Below are positions 55,952 through 64,000 of a stretch of 64,000 nucleotides of DNA, piece after piece. The position numbers and the translations under genes are program-made. Positions within the stretch are counted from its first letter, which is position 1. Each line of letters opens with the position of its first letter. This DNA is from a virus (taxonomy: Duplodnaviria; Caudoviricetes), in IMG/VR virus record IMGVR_UViG_2788499831_000001, positions 25,131 to 89,130 of that record. The stretch is one strand, 5' to 3'. Below the pieces are notes generated by a model that saw only the letters and a list, made by a program, of their open reading frames with translations, had not been told where the DNA came from and searched no databases.

Positions 55952-56548
55952 CTATTCTTTAGTATCTAATTCTGAAGCTTTATTTTGCAGACTCTCTAAC
56001 ATTTGTGGGATATTAAGCCTTTGAATAATATCAACGGATAACTGTTCTTTTAGATTGTTTTCAAGCGCCTTGACTATAGTTTCCTCTGCATCTTTTCTTG
56101 CAGTTTGAATCATCGTGCTAACTTTAGAAGTAAGCTCCTTAGCAAGATAATTTTTAATAAAATACTCGCTTATGGATAATTTTCTATCACTTGAGTACTT
56201 AGCTTCCCGACCATTTTCATCAAGTGTTTTTTCTGTTAAATACCGTTCATACCTCATTCCAATAAACTCACTAATCGGTATTAATTTCACTTCCGAACCC
56301 CAACTGCTTCCCTTATATGGTATTTTTAATTCATCGATTTTCTTTTCCAAGGCTCCATGAATAAAATTGTCTACAACCTCATTTGCTTTTTCTTCAACTT
56401 CACGTTCAATTTTTGCTAGAACCTTTTGTTCTGCTTTTTGAATCAATCTATCCTGTAAGCCACTGATAACTTGACTTTTGATTAAATCATCAAGATTTTC
56501 GCCTTCTTCTAACCAATCTACATCTACTTCAATTTTCACTTTAGCCAT
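55952..56548 (-). CDS. Hypothetical coiled-coil protein
   Basis: 198-aa ORF. Confidence 0.7.
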   Translation of the reverse strand: MAKVKIEVDVDWLEEGENLDDLIKSQVISGLQDRLIQKAEQKVLAKIEREVEEKANEVVDNFIHGALEKKIDELKIPYKGSSWGSEVKLIPISEFIGMRYERYLTEKTLDENGREAKYSSDRKLSISEYFIKNYLAKELTSKVSTMIQTARKDAEETIVKALENNLKEQLSVDIIQRLNIPQMLESLQNKASELDTKE

Positions 56549-56550
56549 CT

Positions 56551-56805
56551 TTATTCAACCTCCATTGAACGTCTTTTTATTCCGACAATCGGATCTGTAT
56601 ATCCAGCAAGCTCTAACTGCCTTTGAGCTTTTCTAAATACATAATCGATATTTTCATTTTCTTTTATAGATCCGTCAGGATTTAAATGTTTATTAGGAAT
56701 CCATACATTTTGATTTGTTCCACCTAATGTAAATCGCTTTGCTGAATAATTTTTGTAATTACGATTAATAAGCTTTAACCTTATTCCTTTGTAAAGCTGA
56801 ATCAT
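56551..56805 (-). CDS. Hypothetical protein
   Basis: NQNVWIPNKHL motif. Confidence 0.65.
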   Translation of the reverse strand: MIQLYKGIRLKLINRNYKNYSAKRFTLGGTNQNVWIPNKHLNPDGSIKENENIDYVFRKAQRQLELAGYTDPIVGIKRRSMEVE

Positions 56806-56807
56806 TT

Positions 56808-57464
56808 CTAGACTTCCACACTATAAGAAATAGATTCCGGTTTAACCGTAACCCCTGGAACAATTTGTCCATCCTCATCCACAATTACTTTTTCACCACC
56901 AATTTTCTCGATTTTGAATTTCTTCTTTAACTCTCCCCATTTAATTTCGGTTTTGATGCAATCATCGAGTTCGTTTTCAATGGCGTAATCTAATAGTTTT
57001 GCTTCATCAGCCTTTTCCGGTGCTTCACTACTCTTACGAGTTTTGGATTTACCGTAAGGCGTACTAATCGTTTTCTGTTTTGGATCCGCTGCAAGTTGTT
57101 CCGCATGATAACGTTGAACATGACTTTCAAAGAAACCAATGCTATCGTGGATGGGATTTAATTCATTTTTTTCCCAATTAGCAATACGATCACGTTCAAC
57201 ATTTGCTAGTGTTGTAACTTTCTTTTCTTCTGCTTTAAGTGCAGTTAATTTACGAAATGCCCAGTTAAGGCTTTCTAAATCATGAATTTCGAACCGTTGC
57301 TCCGCATCTTGTAATTCATCAACTTCCGCTAATTCAATTGCTTGTAATGAGTTCATCGATATTACCTCCAAATGTATTTTTGAATTTCTTTGCAGTATAA
57401 AGAGAAAAGTATGTAAAACCATTTTTCGTAAATTCAACTTGAAGAGGATATTCCAGATCATCAC
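56808..57464 (-). CDS. Gam-like host-nuclease inhibitor
   Basis: WAFRKL..KTISTPYG..KTEIKWGELKK; likely start MNSLQAI. Confidence 0.85.
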   Translation of the reverse strand: MMIWNILFKLNLRKMVLHTFLFILQRNSKIHLEVISMNSLQAIELAEVDELQDAEQRFEIHDLESLNWAFRKLTALKAEEKKVTTLANVERDRIANWEKNELNPIHDSIGFFESHVQRYHAEQLAADPKQKTISTPYGKSKTRKSSEAPEKADEAKLLDYAIENELDDCIKTEIKWGELKKKFKIEKIGGEKVIVDEDGQIVPGVTVKPESISYSVEV

Positions 57465-57618
57465 GTTTTACCACTTCTAAATTCCCTTCTTCATTTAAAA
57501 GTTCTTCTAATAATTGATGTTTCACATGAACCTTATTCACGAAATGAACACCCAGAATCCCTTGCTCCTCAGCTAAACGAATAGCTTGTACACTATTTTC
57601 AATCGCTTTAATATCCAT
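57334..57618 (-). CDS. Hypothetical protein
   Basis: Coupled ORF. Confidence 0.65.
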   Translation of the reverse strand: MDIKAIENSVQAIRLAEEQGILGVHFVNKVHVKHQLLEELLNEEGNLEVVKRDDLEYPLQVEFTKNGFTYFSLYTAKKFKNTFGGNIDELITSN

Positions 57619-57821
57619 TAGAATTCCGCCACCCTTTCATACTCCACAGTTTTGCGGATTACTTCTCCACCGACATCATTGGCTACTTGCTTTGATTTTT
57701 CATATTCAAATTCCATTGCACTTTTGGGTAACCTCGTTACCATTAGTGGTTGTGGATGGCTAACAAACAAATTACCTACACTTACTAGATATGTAGTTTT
57801 AGTTTTTAATTGTTTATCCAT
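57618..57821 (-). CDS. Hypothetical protein
   Basis: ORF with RBS. Confidence 0.6.
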   Translation of the reverse strand: MDKQLKTKTTYLVSVGNLFVSHPQPLMVTRLPKSAMEFEYEKSKQVANDVGGEVIRKTVEYERVAEF

Positions 57822-57836
57822 TACGTTTCTCCTAAT

Positions 57837-58019
57837 CTATGAATTTGGAATCATACGTGTTGCACCAGTAAAACGATGTACAAGGTGCAATTCCTCATTT
57901 ACCTTCTTAAAAATTAACCAATGTTCTGGATTTAATTTGTAGGACTGAATATGAATCTTTTCACGTTTATTTGGCTTCTTACCGTTCTTCACGCTTGTCC
58001 CTCCTTTACACGAAATCAA
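57837..58019 (-). CDS. Small basic protein; likely start MKNGKKP
   Basis: KKPNKREK..WLIFK motif. Confidence 0.6.
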   Translation of the reverse strand: MISCKGGTSVKNGKKPNKREKIHIQSYKLNPEHWLIFKKVNEELHLVHRFTGATRMIPNS

Positions 58020-58083
58020 TTCATGCTATAATGACTGTGAATATTTTTACTTAAATCACCTGTTGGCGCAGGTGGTTTTTCTT

Positions 58084-58437
58084 TTATACAGCTCGAAAGC
58101 ATTCAACATTTTGCTGAGCAATTAAGTAATTTGTCAGATTCCCTTCAAGTACAACATCCTGTCCAAACATAAAATACTTATCATCTTGCTTAATTTCACA
58201 ACCATAGTAATCTTCAATTGGATGATCAGGCTCCTTAATTGTGATTCTCTTTTCACCGATTTCTTTCACAAATATTGCATCGATATTGCTTACACTAATG
58301 TGGAATGGCACCTTCGTAGCTGCACCTGTATATTCAATTTTCGTCAAAGAACCAAATCCATTTGTAATTGTTTTAAATTGTTCAGCTGTAAAACTAACCT
58401 TTGCACCTGATTTAAAAACCAATGTTACTTCCTTCAA
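58084..58437 (-). CDS. Hypothetical protein with YqaI-like C-terminus
   Basis: HPIEDYYGCEI..DDKY. Confidence 0.65.
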   Translation of the reverse strand: MKEVTLVFKSGAKVSFTAEQFKTITNGFGSLTKIEYTGAATKVPFHISVSNIDAIFVKEIGEKRITIKEPDHPIEDYYGCEIKQDDKYFMFGQDVVLEGNLTNYLIAQQNVECFRAV

Positions 58438-59154
58438 TTAACTCACCTTTTCTTTCGGGAAATTTAATATTGCTTTGTCACCGTATAATTCAATTGCTTT
58501 TTTGTCGTATGCTTTAGCAGCTTCCTCTTCGGTTTCAAATAATCCCAAATAAATTTTTTTACCTTTTGTGCTTATAGAAGATTGGTATTTATTCCCGTGT
58601 TTGGTTGCACCTTTATATTTCTTACCTTTCCTCCTGATTTGGGGTGTGTATTTAAACTCCATTTCTTTTGCATTGTTATCTCTGCCAATAACATTTTGAA
58701 ATGCCCCCTCGCCAAAGAGTTCAACAGATTTAGCGTTATACGCCCTAGCTGCATCATCTTCATTTTTGTAGAGACCCAGTTCATGTATTTTCCCTTTACA
58801 CTTCAACCTAGTTCTCCATGAATTAGATTGTTTGTTCCAATAAACGCCTTTATATTTTGATGAACTACCCCTATGCCCTTTAGATTTTCTTAAAGCACCA
58901 ATCACATCTGAAAGAATTAAATTTTCTTTACGGAAATCTAGTCTATTTAGATTTTTAAACGTTACTTTGTTATCATTATTTTTATCCAAACCAAGTATGA
59001 ATCTTCCTAACAGACCTACATCATTGCTTTGCACAATATAATTAGTAGCTCCTTTATTAAGTCGTACATACCAATTGTGCTTTATACAACGTTCATAATC
59101 CTCATCATCCACAATTACTAACATGTCATTTTGCAACGGTATTTCCTTAACCAA
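58438..59154 (-). CDS. HNH/AP2-domain endonuclease-like protein
   Basis: Two AP2 repeats (SSKYKGV..LGLY..E.DAARAYN). Confidence 0.85.
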   Translation of the reverse strand: MVKEIPLQNDMLVIVDDEDYERCIKHNWYVRLNKGATNYIVQSNDVGLLGRFILGLDKNNDNKVTFKNLNRLDFRKENLILSDVIGALRKSKGHRGSSSKYKGVYWNKQSNSWRTRLKCKGKIHELGLYKNEDDAARAYNAKSVELFGEGAFQNVIGRDNNAKEMEFKYTPQIRRKGKKYKGATKHGNKYQSSISTKGKKIYLGLFETEEEAAKAYDKKAIELYGDKAILNFPKEKVS

Positions 59155-59322
59155 TTAACTCACCTCCCTTCGAACTGAAACCTTACGGTTCATTTCGTAT
59201 ATTCTACGCTTTGCTTCTAATTCAGTAATAAGCAATAACGCTGGACTCTTTCGCATCTCAGCACATTGCTGACGTACTTGAGATACTTTCATTAATTTAC
59301 TTGCAGATAATACTCCGTTCAT
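59155..59322 (-). CDS. Small hypothetical protein, absent from ORF track
   Basis: MNGVLSASKLMKVSQVRQQCAE...; 55 aa. Confidence 0.55.
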   Translation of the reverse strand: MNGVLSASKLMKVSQVRQQCAEMRKSPALLLITELEAKRRIYEMNRKVSVRREVS

Positions 59323-59403
59323 CTTTCTTCACCATCTTTCATCTTCTTTTGATAATTATCGACTTCATTTTTCGACATTTTTAAGACAAAAAAATAAAAT
59401 ACT

Positions 59404-59655
59404 CTAATCTGATTTTTGGGTTGTTTTTTTACAGGTTATCCTCGTGTGTAGCCTCCCGTCTTCCACAAAAACTTCTCTATCATATTTCGACAAAACTTCT
59501 TCACGATTAATCGTTTCTACCTCGCCCGATACCCAGTAACCGGATCGAAGTAGAAACTCAGAAAAACCTTCTGGAATTGGGAACTCATACCCATCTAAAG
59601 TAATGCTCGTTACTTCAATACCTTCTCTGATTATCAAAATGTATCCCCTCTTCAA
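59404..59655 (-). CDS. Hypothetical protein downstream of cro
   Basis: Overlaps the cro stop codon. Confidence 0.65.
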   Translation of the reverse strand: MKRGYILIIREGIEVTSITLDGYEFPIPEGFSEFLLRSGYWVSGEVETINREEVLSKYDREVFVEDGRLHTRITCKKTTQKSD

Positions 59656-59921
59656 GTAGATAATTGAAATTCGCTACTTCTACTTAAAGTAGAGTTAGTG
59701 TTAAAAAAAATTTGATCATAGCTGATTTCTAAAATCTCACATATTTTTTTCGCATTTCCTATAGTGACCTCGTCTGGATGTTCCTCCATTTTACGATAAG
59801 TTTGAACATGAACATCAAGACTTTTGGCCATATCACGTTGCGTGATTCCTCTTACTAATCTCGCTTGTTTCAAAGTGAAAATCATCACTTTCACCTCTTT
59901 TCTTTTCGCTTGTAAACTCAT
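59652..59921 (-). CDS. Cro-like XRE regulator (phage A)
   Basis: TLKQARLVRGITQRDMAKSLDVHVQTY. Confidence 0.88.
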   Translation of the reverse strand: MSLQAKRKEVKVMIFTLKQARLVRGITQRDMAKSLDVHVQTYRKMEEHPDEVTIGNAKKICEILEISYDQIFFNTNSTLSRSSEFQLST

Positions 59922-60047
59922 AATAATCTACCTAAAGTAGAATGTCAACAATGAAAAACCGCTAGAATTCTACTTATTCCATTTGTTTTTCGATTTAAAA
60001 GTAGAATTTTTTCGACATTATATTGTATAAAATCTACTTTTAGTATA
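59679..60047. promoter_or_regulatory. Phage A operators TCTAC-N5-GTAGA
   Basis: Perfect copies at 59679 and 59927; imperfect at 60033. Confidence 0.75.
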
Positions 60048-60082
60048 ATATTATATATATAAAGTGTACGGAGGTCGCTACA

Positions 60083-60739
60083 ATGAGCATAGGGAAAAAT
60101 ATTAAAAAACTAAGGGACAAGCATAATCTTAATCAAAAAGAAATGGGAGAAATCGCTGGTGTTTCAGATAAAGCTGTATCTACTTGGGAAAAAGGGTTAA
60201 AAGAACCAAGAATGGGTGCTATTCAAAAAATTGCTGATCATTTTGGAATTTTAAAAAGCGATATCATTGAGGATCAAGATGTTAAAGTCACTCACATTAG
60301 ACCTAATCAACCTGAAATTAAAAATAATTGTAAAGCTGTTCCATTGCTTGGAGCAATAGCAGCAGGCACTCCTCTTGAAATGGTTGCTGTGGAAGAATGG
60401 ATTAATGTTCCGGTTGAAATTACAGATTGTCATCCTCATGCTTTTTTATTACGAGTAGTTGGCGATAGCATGAGTAAAGTAATACCACCAAATATGTTAG
60501 CGTTGATAGATCCAGATGTTGAAATTAAAAATGGAGATATTGCTGCAGTTGCGGTTAATGGATTCGATGCGACTCTAAAAAGATTTTATAAGTTCCAAGA
60601 TGGAATTACTTTAGAACCTGAAAGTTATAATCCTGAATATAAAACACAATTTTTTGATTCTCAAACACAAGAACATACTCCTGTTGTAGTAAAAGGAAAA
60701 TTAGTTTGGTATATGGCACCACTTGACGTTAAATTCTAA
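60083..60739 (+). CDS. CI-like repressor with S24 (LexA-type) autopeptidase
   Basis: HTH; IAAG cleavage site; GDSM; TLKR. Confidence 0.93.
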   Translation: MSIGKNIKKLRDKHNLNQKEMGEIAGVSDKAVSTWEKGLKEPRMGAIQKIADHFGILKSDIIEDQDVKVTHIRPNQPEIKNNCKAVPLLGAIAAGTPLEMVAVEEWINVPVEITDCHPHAFLLRVVGDSMSKVIPPNMLALIDPDVEIKNGDIAAVAVNGFDATLKRFYKFQDGITLEPESYNPEYKTQFFDSQTQEHTPVVVKGKLVWYMAPLDVKF

Positions 60740-60748
60740 GTGTAAGAG

Positions 60749-62110
60749 GTGATTGTTTTGACTAAAGCTGCTATATACATTCGTGTTAGTACTCAAGATC
60801 AAGTAGAAAATTATAGTATAGAAGTTCAAAGAGAACGGATAAGAGCGTATTGTAAAGCAAAAGGTTGGGATATTTATGATGAATATATCGATGGCGGTTA
60901 TTCAGGTTCTAATCTAGATCGCCCAGACATTAAAAGGCTTTTAAATGATTTAAAAAAAATAGATGTTGTCGTTGTATATAAATTAGACAGGTTATCTCGT
61001 TCGCAGAGAGATACATTAGAATTAATTGAAGAACATTTCTTAAAAAATAATGTGGACTTTGTATCTATTACAGAAACATTAGATACATCTACACCGTTTG
61101 GAAAAGCAATGATTGGTATATTATCTGTATTTGCTCAATTAGAACGTGAGACAATTGCAGAGCGAATGAGAATGGGACATATTAAACGAGCAGAAAATGG
61201 TTTAAGAGGAAATGGCGGAGATTATGATCCATCTGGTTACACAAGAGTTGACGGACATTTAATATTAAATCCAAATGAAGCTAAGCATATTAAAAGAGCT
61301 TTTGATTTATATGAACAATACCATTCAATAACTAGAGTACAGGAAGTTTTAAAAGAAGAGGGATATACCATTTGGAGATTTCGAAGATATAGAGATGTTC
61401 TCTCTAATACTTTATATATAGGTCAAATAACCTTCGCTGGTAAAACATATAAGGGACAACATGAACCCATTGTTTCATTAGAGCAATTTAAACGTGTACA
61501 GGCGCTTTTAAAACGCCATAAAGGACATAATGCTCATAAAGCTAAACAAAGCCTATTATCAGGCTTAATAACATGTTCTTGTTGTGGTGAAAAGTTTGTG
61601 GCGTACAGTACTGGTAAATCCAAAGATATTGAATCCAAAAGATATTACTATTATATTTGTAGAGCTAAAAGATTCCCTTCCGAATACGATGAGAAATGCC
61701 TAAACAAAACATGGTCAAGAAAAAAACTTGAAGAAGTTATATTTGATGAATTAAAAAATCTAACTGTAAAAAAAAGCGCTTCTCAAAAAAAAGAGAAAAA
61801 AATCAATTATGAGAAGTTGATTAAAGATATTGATAAAAAAATGGAGCGTCTTCTTGATTTATTCACAAATACTACTAATATCAGTAGACAACTTTTAGAA
61901 ACAAAAATGGATAAATTAAATTTAGAGAAGGAGCATCTTATTCTAAAGCAACAGAGTTACGAACAAGAATTTTCAATCTCAAAAGATATGATTACAACAA
62001 TTAATGAATCATTAGAAACAATGGATTTTAAAGATAAACAAATTATAATTAATACTTTTATACAAGAAATTCACATTGATCATGATGTGGTTGATATAAT
62101 TTGGAGATGA
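60749..62110 (+). CDS. Large serine recombinase (integrase)
   Basis: YIRVST; KLDRLSR; recombinase domain; Zn ribbon CSCC..C..C. Confidence 0.95.
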   Translation: MIVLTKAAIYIRVSTQDQVENYSIEVQRERIRAYCKAKGWDIYDEYIDGGYSGSNLDRPDIKRLLNDLKKIDVVVVYKLDRLSRSQRDTLELIEEHFLKNNVDFVSITETLDTSTPFGKAMIGILSVFAQLERETIAERMRMGHIKRAENGLRGNGGDYDPSGYTRVDGHLILNPNEAKHIKRAFDLYEQYHSITRVQEVLKEEGYTIWRFRRYRDVLSNTLYIGQITFAGKTYKGQHEPIVSLEQFKRVQALLKRHKGHNAHKAKQSLLSGLITCSCCGEKFVAYSTGKSKDIESKRYYYYICRAKRFPSEYDEKCLNKTWSRKKLEEVIFDELKNLTVKKSASQKKEKKINYEKLIKDIDKKMERLLDLFTNTTNISRQLLETKMDKLNLEKEHLILKQQSYEQEFSISKDMITTINESLETMDFKDKQIIINTFIQEIHIDHDVVDIIWR

Positions 62111-62129
62111 CGTATTTGACGTTATCTTT

Positions 62130-62175
62130 TTATGTATTCATTTCGGGCTATTCACACAGCCCAAATAAAAAAAGA
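62130..62175. other. Prophage attachment junction
   Basis: comFA frame ends TGG GCT GTG TGA where WAVCGAGKT is expected; crossover near 62152-62156. Confidence 0.75.
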
Positions 62176-62559
62176 GTCTTTCTTCTTAATAGCTTCTATA
62201 ACACCTTGCGCCGCCAACTCCTGACCAGTAGACAAGGCCCCGTTCCACTGTAACGAATTTAAACCTTTTTCTCCTTTTCTTTCAGCGATCCCACGAACGA
62301 GTACAGCACATTCACTTACCCTCCCCATCGTTATACACTTCCGGCAATACGTACATACTTTACTACACCTTTTACATAAAAATGACGCAAATAGTCGCTG
62401 CTCTATATTTCCGCAGCGCTGACACATATATTTAGAAGCCTTCTTTATTACACCTTGTACACATACGACCTTCCGCTTCTTTTTCAAATCATGTAATGTA
62501 TCCCGTAAATCTGAAGAGAGTTCCTCTAATAGTAACTGTTTCCCTGTTAACATCAGCAA
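62152..62559 (-). pseudogene. comFA: comFA 5' fragment, interrupted by prophage
   Basis: CQRCGN..CKRC..YCRKCITMGRV Zn region, then FFIWAV-stop at Walker A. Confidence 0.9.
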
Positions 62560-62680
62560 CCACCTCCAGCACTACTATAAAACTTTCTCATAATCTCGTA
62601 AAAACTCAAAAAAGCCGATAACCTACTTATAAAATAGTAAGCTATCGACTTTATACACATGTTTTATTCGTTTATAAATC

Positions 62681-64000
62681 CTAGAATCTACCGTATCCTA
62701 AGAAATGTTTTTGGTTGTAGCTACTGCTTAAGCTAGCATAAGCAATCCCTTTATCACCAGCATGAATCATTTGGCCATTACCAACGTAAATACCGATGTG
62801 AGATGGACCTGGTTTATAAGTACCTTGGAAGAATACTAAATCTCCAGGTTGTGGGCTACTTACTTTAGAAACTGAGTTCCAGTAACCTGCAACGTCTTGA
62901 CGACCTACGCCGAATATGTAAGAAATGAATCCACTACAGTCAAAACCACCGTTTGATGGAGATGCACTTCCCCAAACATATGGTAAGCCTAAGTAACCTT
63001 GTGCTTTACCAATTACGCCACCCGCATTTGAAGCTGGTGCTGGTGCTGGCTCTGCTTGTTTCTTTTCTTGCTTAGGTGCTTCTTTTTTAGGCTCTTCTTT
63101 TTTAGGTTCCTCTTTTTGAGCTTGTCCACCATTGTTTGCTGGTACTGCAGGTGCAGCTTGCTCTGCTGGTGCTTGTGCTGTAGGCGCTTGTACTTCTTTA
63201 GCAGCTTGTTCTGCTTGTTTTTGAGCAGCAGCTTCTTGTGCAGCTTTTTCTTGTGCTTCTTGTTCAGCAATACGTTGTAATTGTAGTGCTTGTTTTTCAA
63301 GATCTTTCAATTGACTTTCCGTACTTGTCATTGAAGTTACAACTGTATCCATTTTACCGCTTAAATCATTTACTGCAGTTGCTTTTTTCGCTTTTTCAGC
63401 GTCAAGTTCTTTCTTAGCAGTTTCAATTTGAGCTTGTGCTTCTTTTAATTCTTTTTGCTTTGTTTTTACCGTTTCAACATCTTTTTTCACGTTCGCTTGA
63501 TCTTCTTGTTGTGTTTTCATGATATCTTCGTCAGACTCAAGAATTTTAGAAACAGAAGTTAAACGATCAACTAAATCTGCAACGTTTTTAGAGTTTACAA
63601 GAACTTCTGCTACAACGTTTGTGTTTGGTTGTTCTTGAAGTGCAACTAAACGTTTTCTTAATAACTCTTCACGTTTTGCAATTTTCGTTTGTAGTTCTGC
63701 AATATCTTTATTTTTATTTTCGATTAATTGCTCAGTATCAGCAACCTTTTTCGTTGTTTCATCAAGTTTTGAAGCATTCTCTTGAACAGATTTATCCAAA
63801 CCTTGAATTGTTTTGTTTAAGTCATTCATTTGTTTTTGTAATTCATCACGTTCTTGTTGTTGTTTATGTAAAGTGTCATTTTGTGTATTAATTTGTGATT
63901 TCACGTCAGAAATTTTATCTTCTGCAAATACATTTGGTGTTAGTCCTGAAAACATTAACCCTGCAACTAATGCGCAAGATGCCATTTTTAGCTTTTTCAT
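62681..64000 (-). CDS. Secreted NlpC/P60 peptidoglycan endopeptidase (CwlO-like), host gene
   Basis: Signal peptide; coiled coil; PYVWG..FDCSG..SHIGIY..H. Confidence 0.93.
   Translation of the reverse strand: MKKLKMASCALVAGLMFSGLTPNVFAEDKISDVKSQINTQNDTLHKQQQERDELQKQMNDLNKTIQGLDKSVQENASKLDETTKKVADTEQLIENKNKDIAELQTKIAKREELLRKRLVALQEQPNTNVVAEVLVNSKNVADLVDRLTSVSKILESDEDIMKTQQEDQANVKKDVETVKTKQKELKEAQAQIETAKKELDAEKAKKATAVNDLSGKMDTVVTSMTSTESQLKDLEKQALQLQRIAEQEAQEKAAQEAAAQKQAEQAAKEVQAPTAQAPAEQAAPAVPANNGGQAQKEEPKKEEPKKEAPKQEKKQAEPAPAPASNAGGVIGKAQGYLGLPYVWGSASPSNGGFDCSGFISYIFGVGRQDVAGYWNSVSKVSSPQPGDLVFFQGTYKPGPSHIGIYVGNGQMIHAGDKGIAYASLSSSYNQKHFLGYGRF

Larger units (their letters stand above)
31600..62155 (-). 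mobile_element. Prophage A (HK97-like siphophage) integrated in comFA
   Basis: Serine integrase, cI/cro, primase, terminase, portal, capsid and tail modules in canonical order; abuts truncated comFA. Confidence 0.92.

Noticed and set aside
63060-63260. Short tandem repeats in the NlpC/P60 gene
   Set aside because: Ordinary low-complexity linker (EEPKK, AQ repeats).
1276-63891. Numerous 60-150 aa antisense ORFs in the ORF track
   Set aside because: They overlap well-supported genes on the other strand and lack RBSs or motifs.
1-64000. tRNA, rRNA, self-splicing introns, IS elements
   Set aside because: None recognised by eye. A tRNAscan or Infernal run would be needed to exclude them formally.

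Overview
Bacillus cereus-group DNA, judged from the protein families and low GC, almost entirely prophage. It contains two unrelated temperate siphophage genomes joined head to tail on the minus strand. Prophage A (~31.6-62.15 kb) has a large serine integrase, a LexA-type repressor, P4-type primase replication and a complete HK97-like head and tail. It is integrated in comFA, which is cut just before its Walker A motif, and it stops after XkdX with no lysis genes of its own in the window. Element B (1-~31.6 kb, running off the left edge) looks like a phage-plasmid. It has a second, unrelated tail-tip protein, a Xer-like tyrosine recombinase, holins and a GH25 endolysin, a Rep with a ParM/ParR-like partition system, a type I toxin-antitoxin locus, several candidate sRNAs, an arbitrium locus (aimR-aimP-aimX) facing a non-cleavable repressor, RecT/YqaJ and DnaD/DnaC. 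The A/B junction lies at a 22-bp direct repeat. The most unusual signal is an array of small genes and non-coding units at 0.35-4.4 kb, where nearly every junction carries an AAAA-N6-TTTT motif, resembling a cassette array. A host NlpC/P60 endopeptidase gene ends the window. All family assignments come from motif recognition and synteny; no database search was run.
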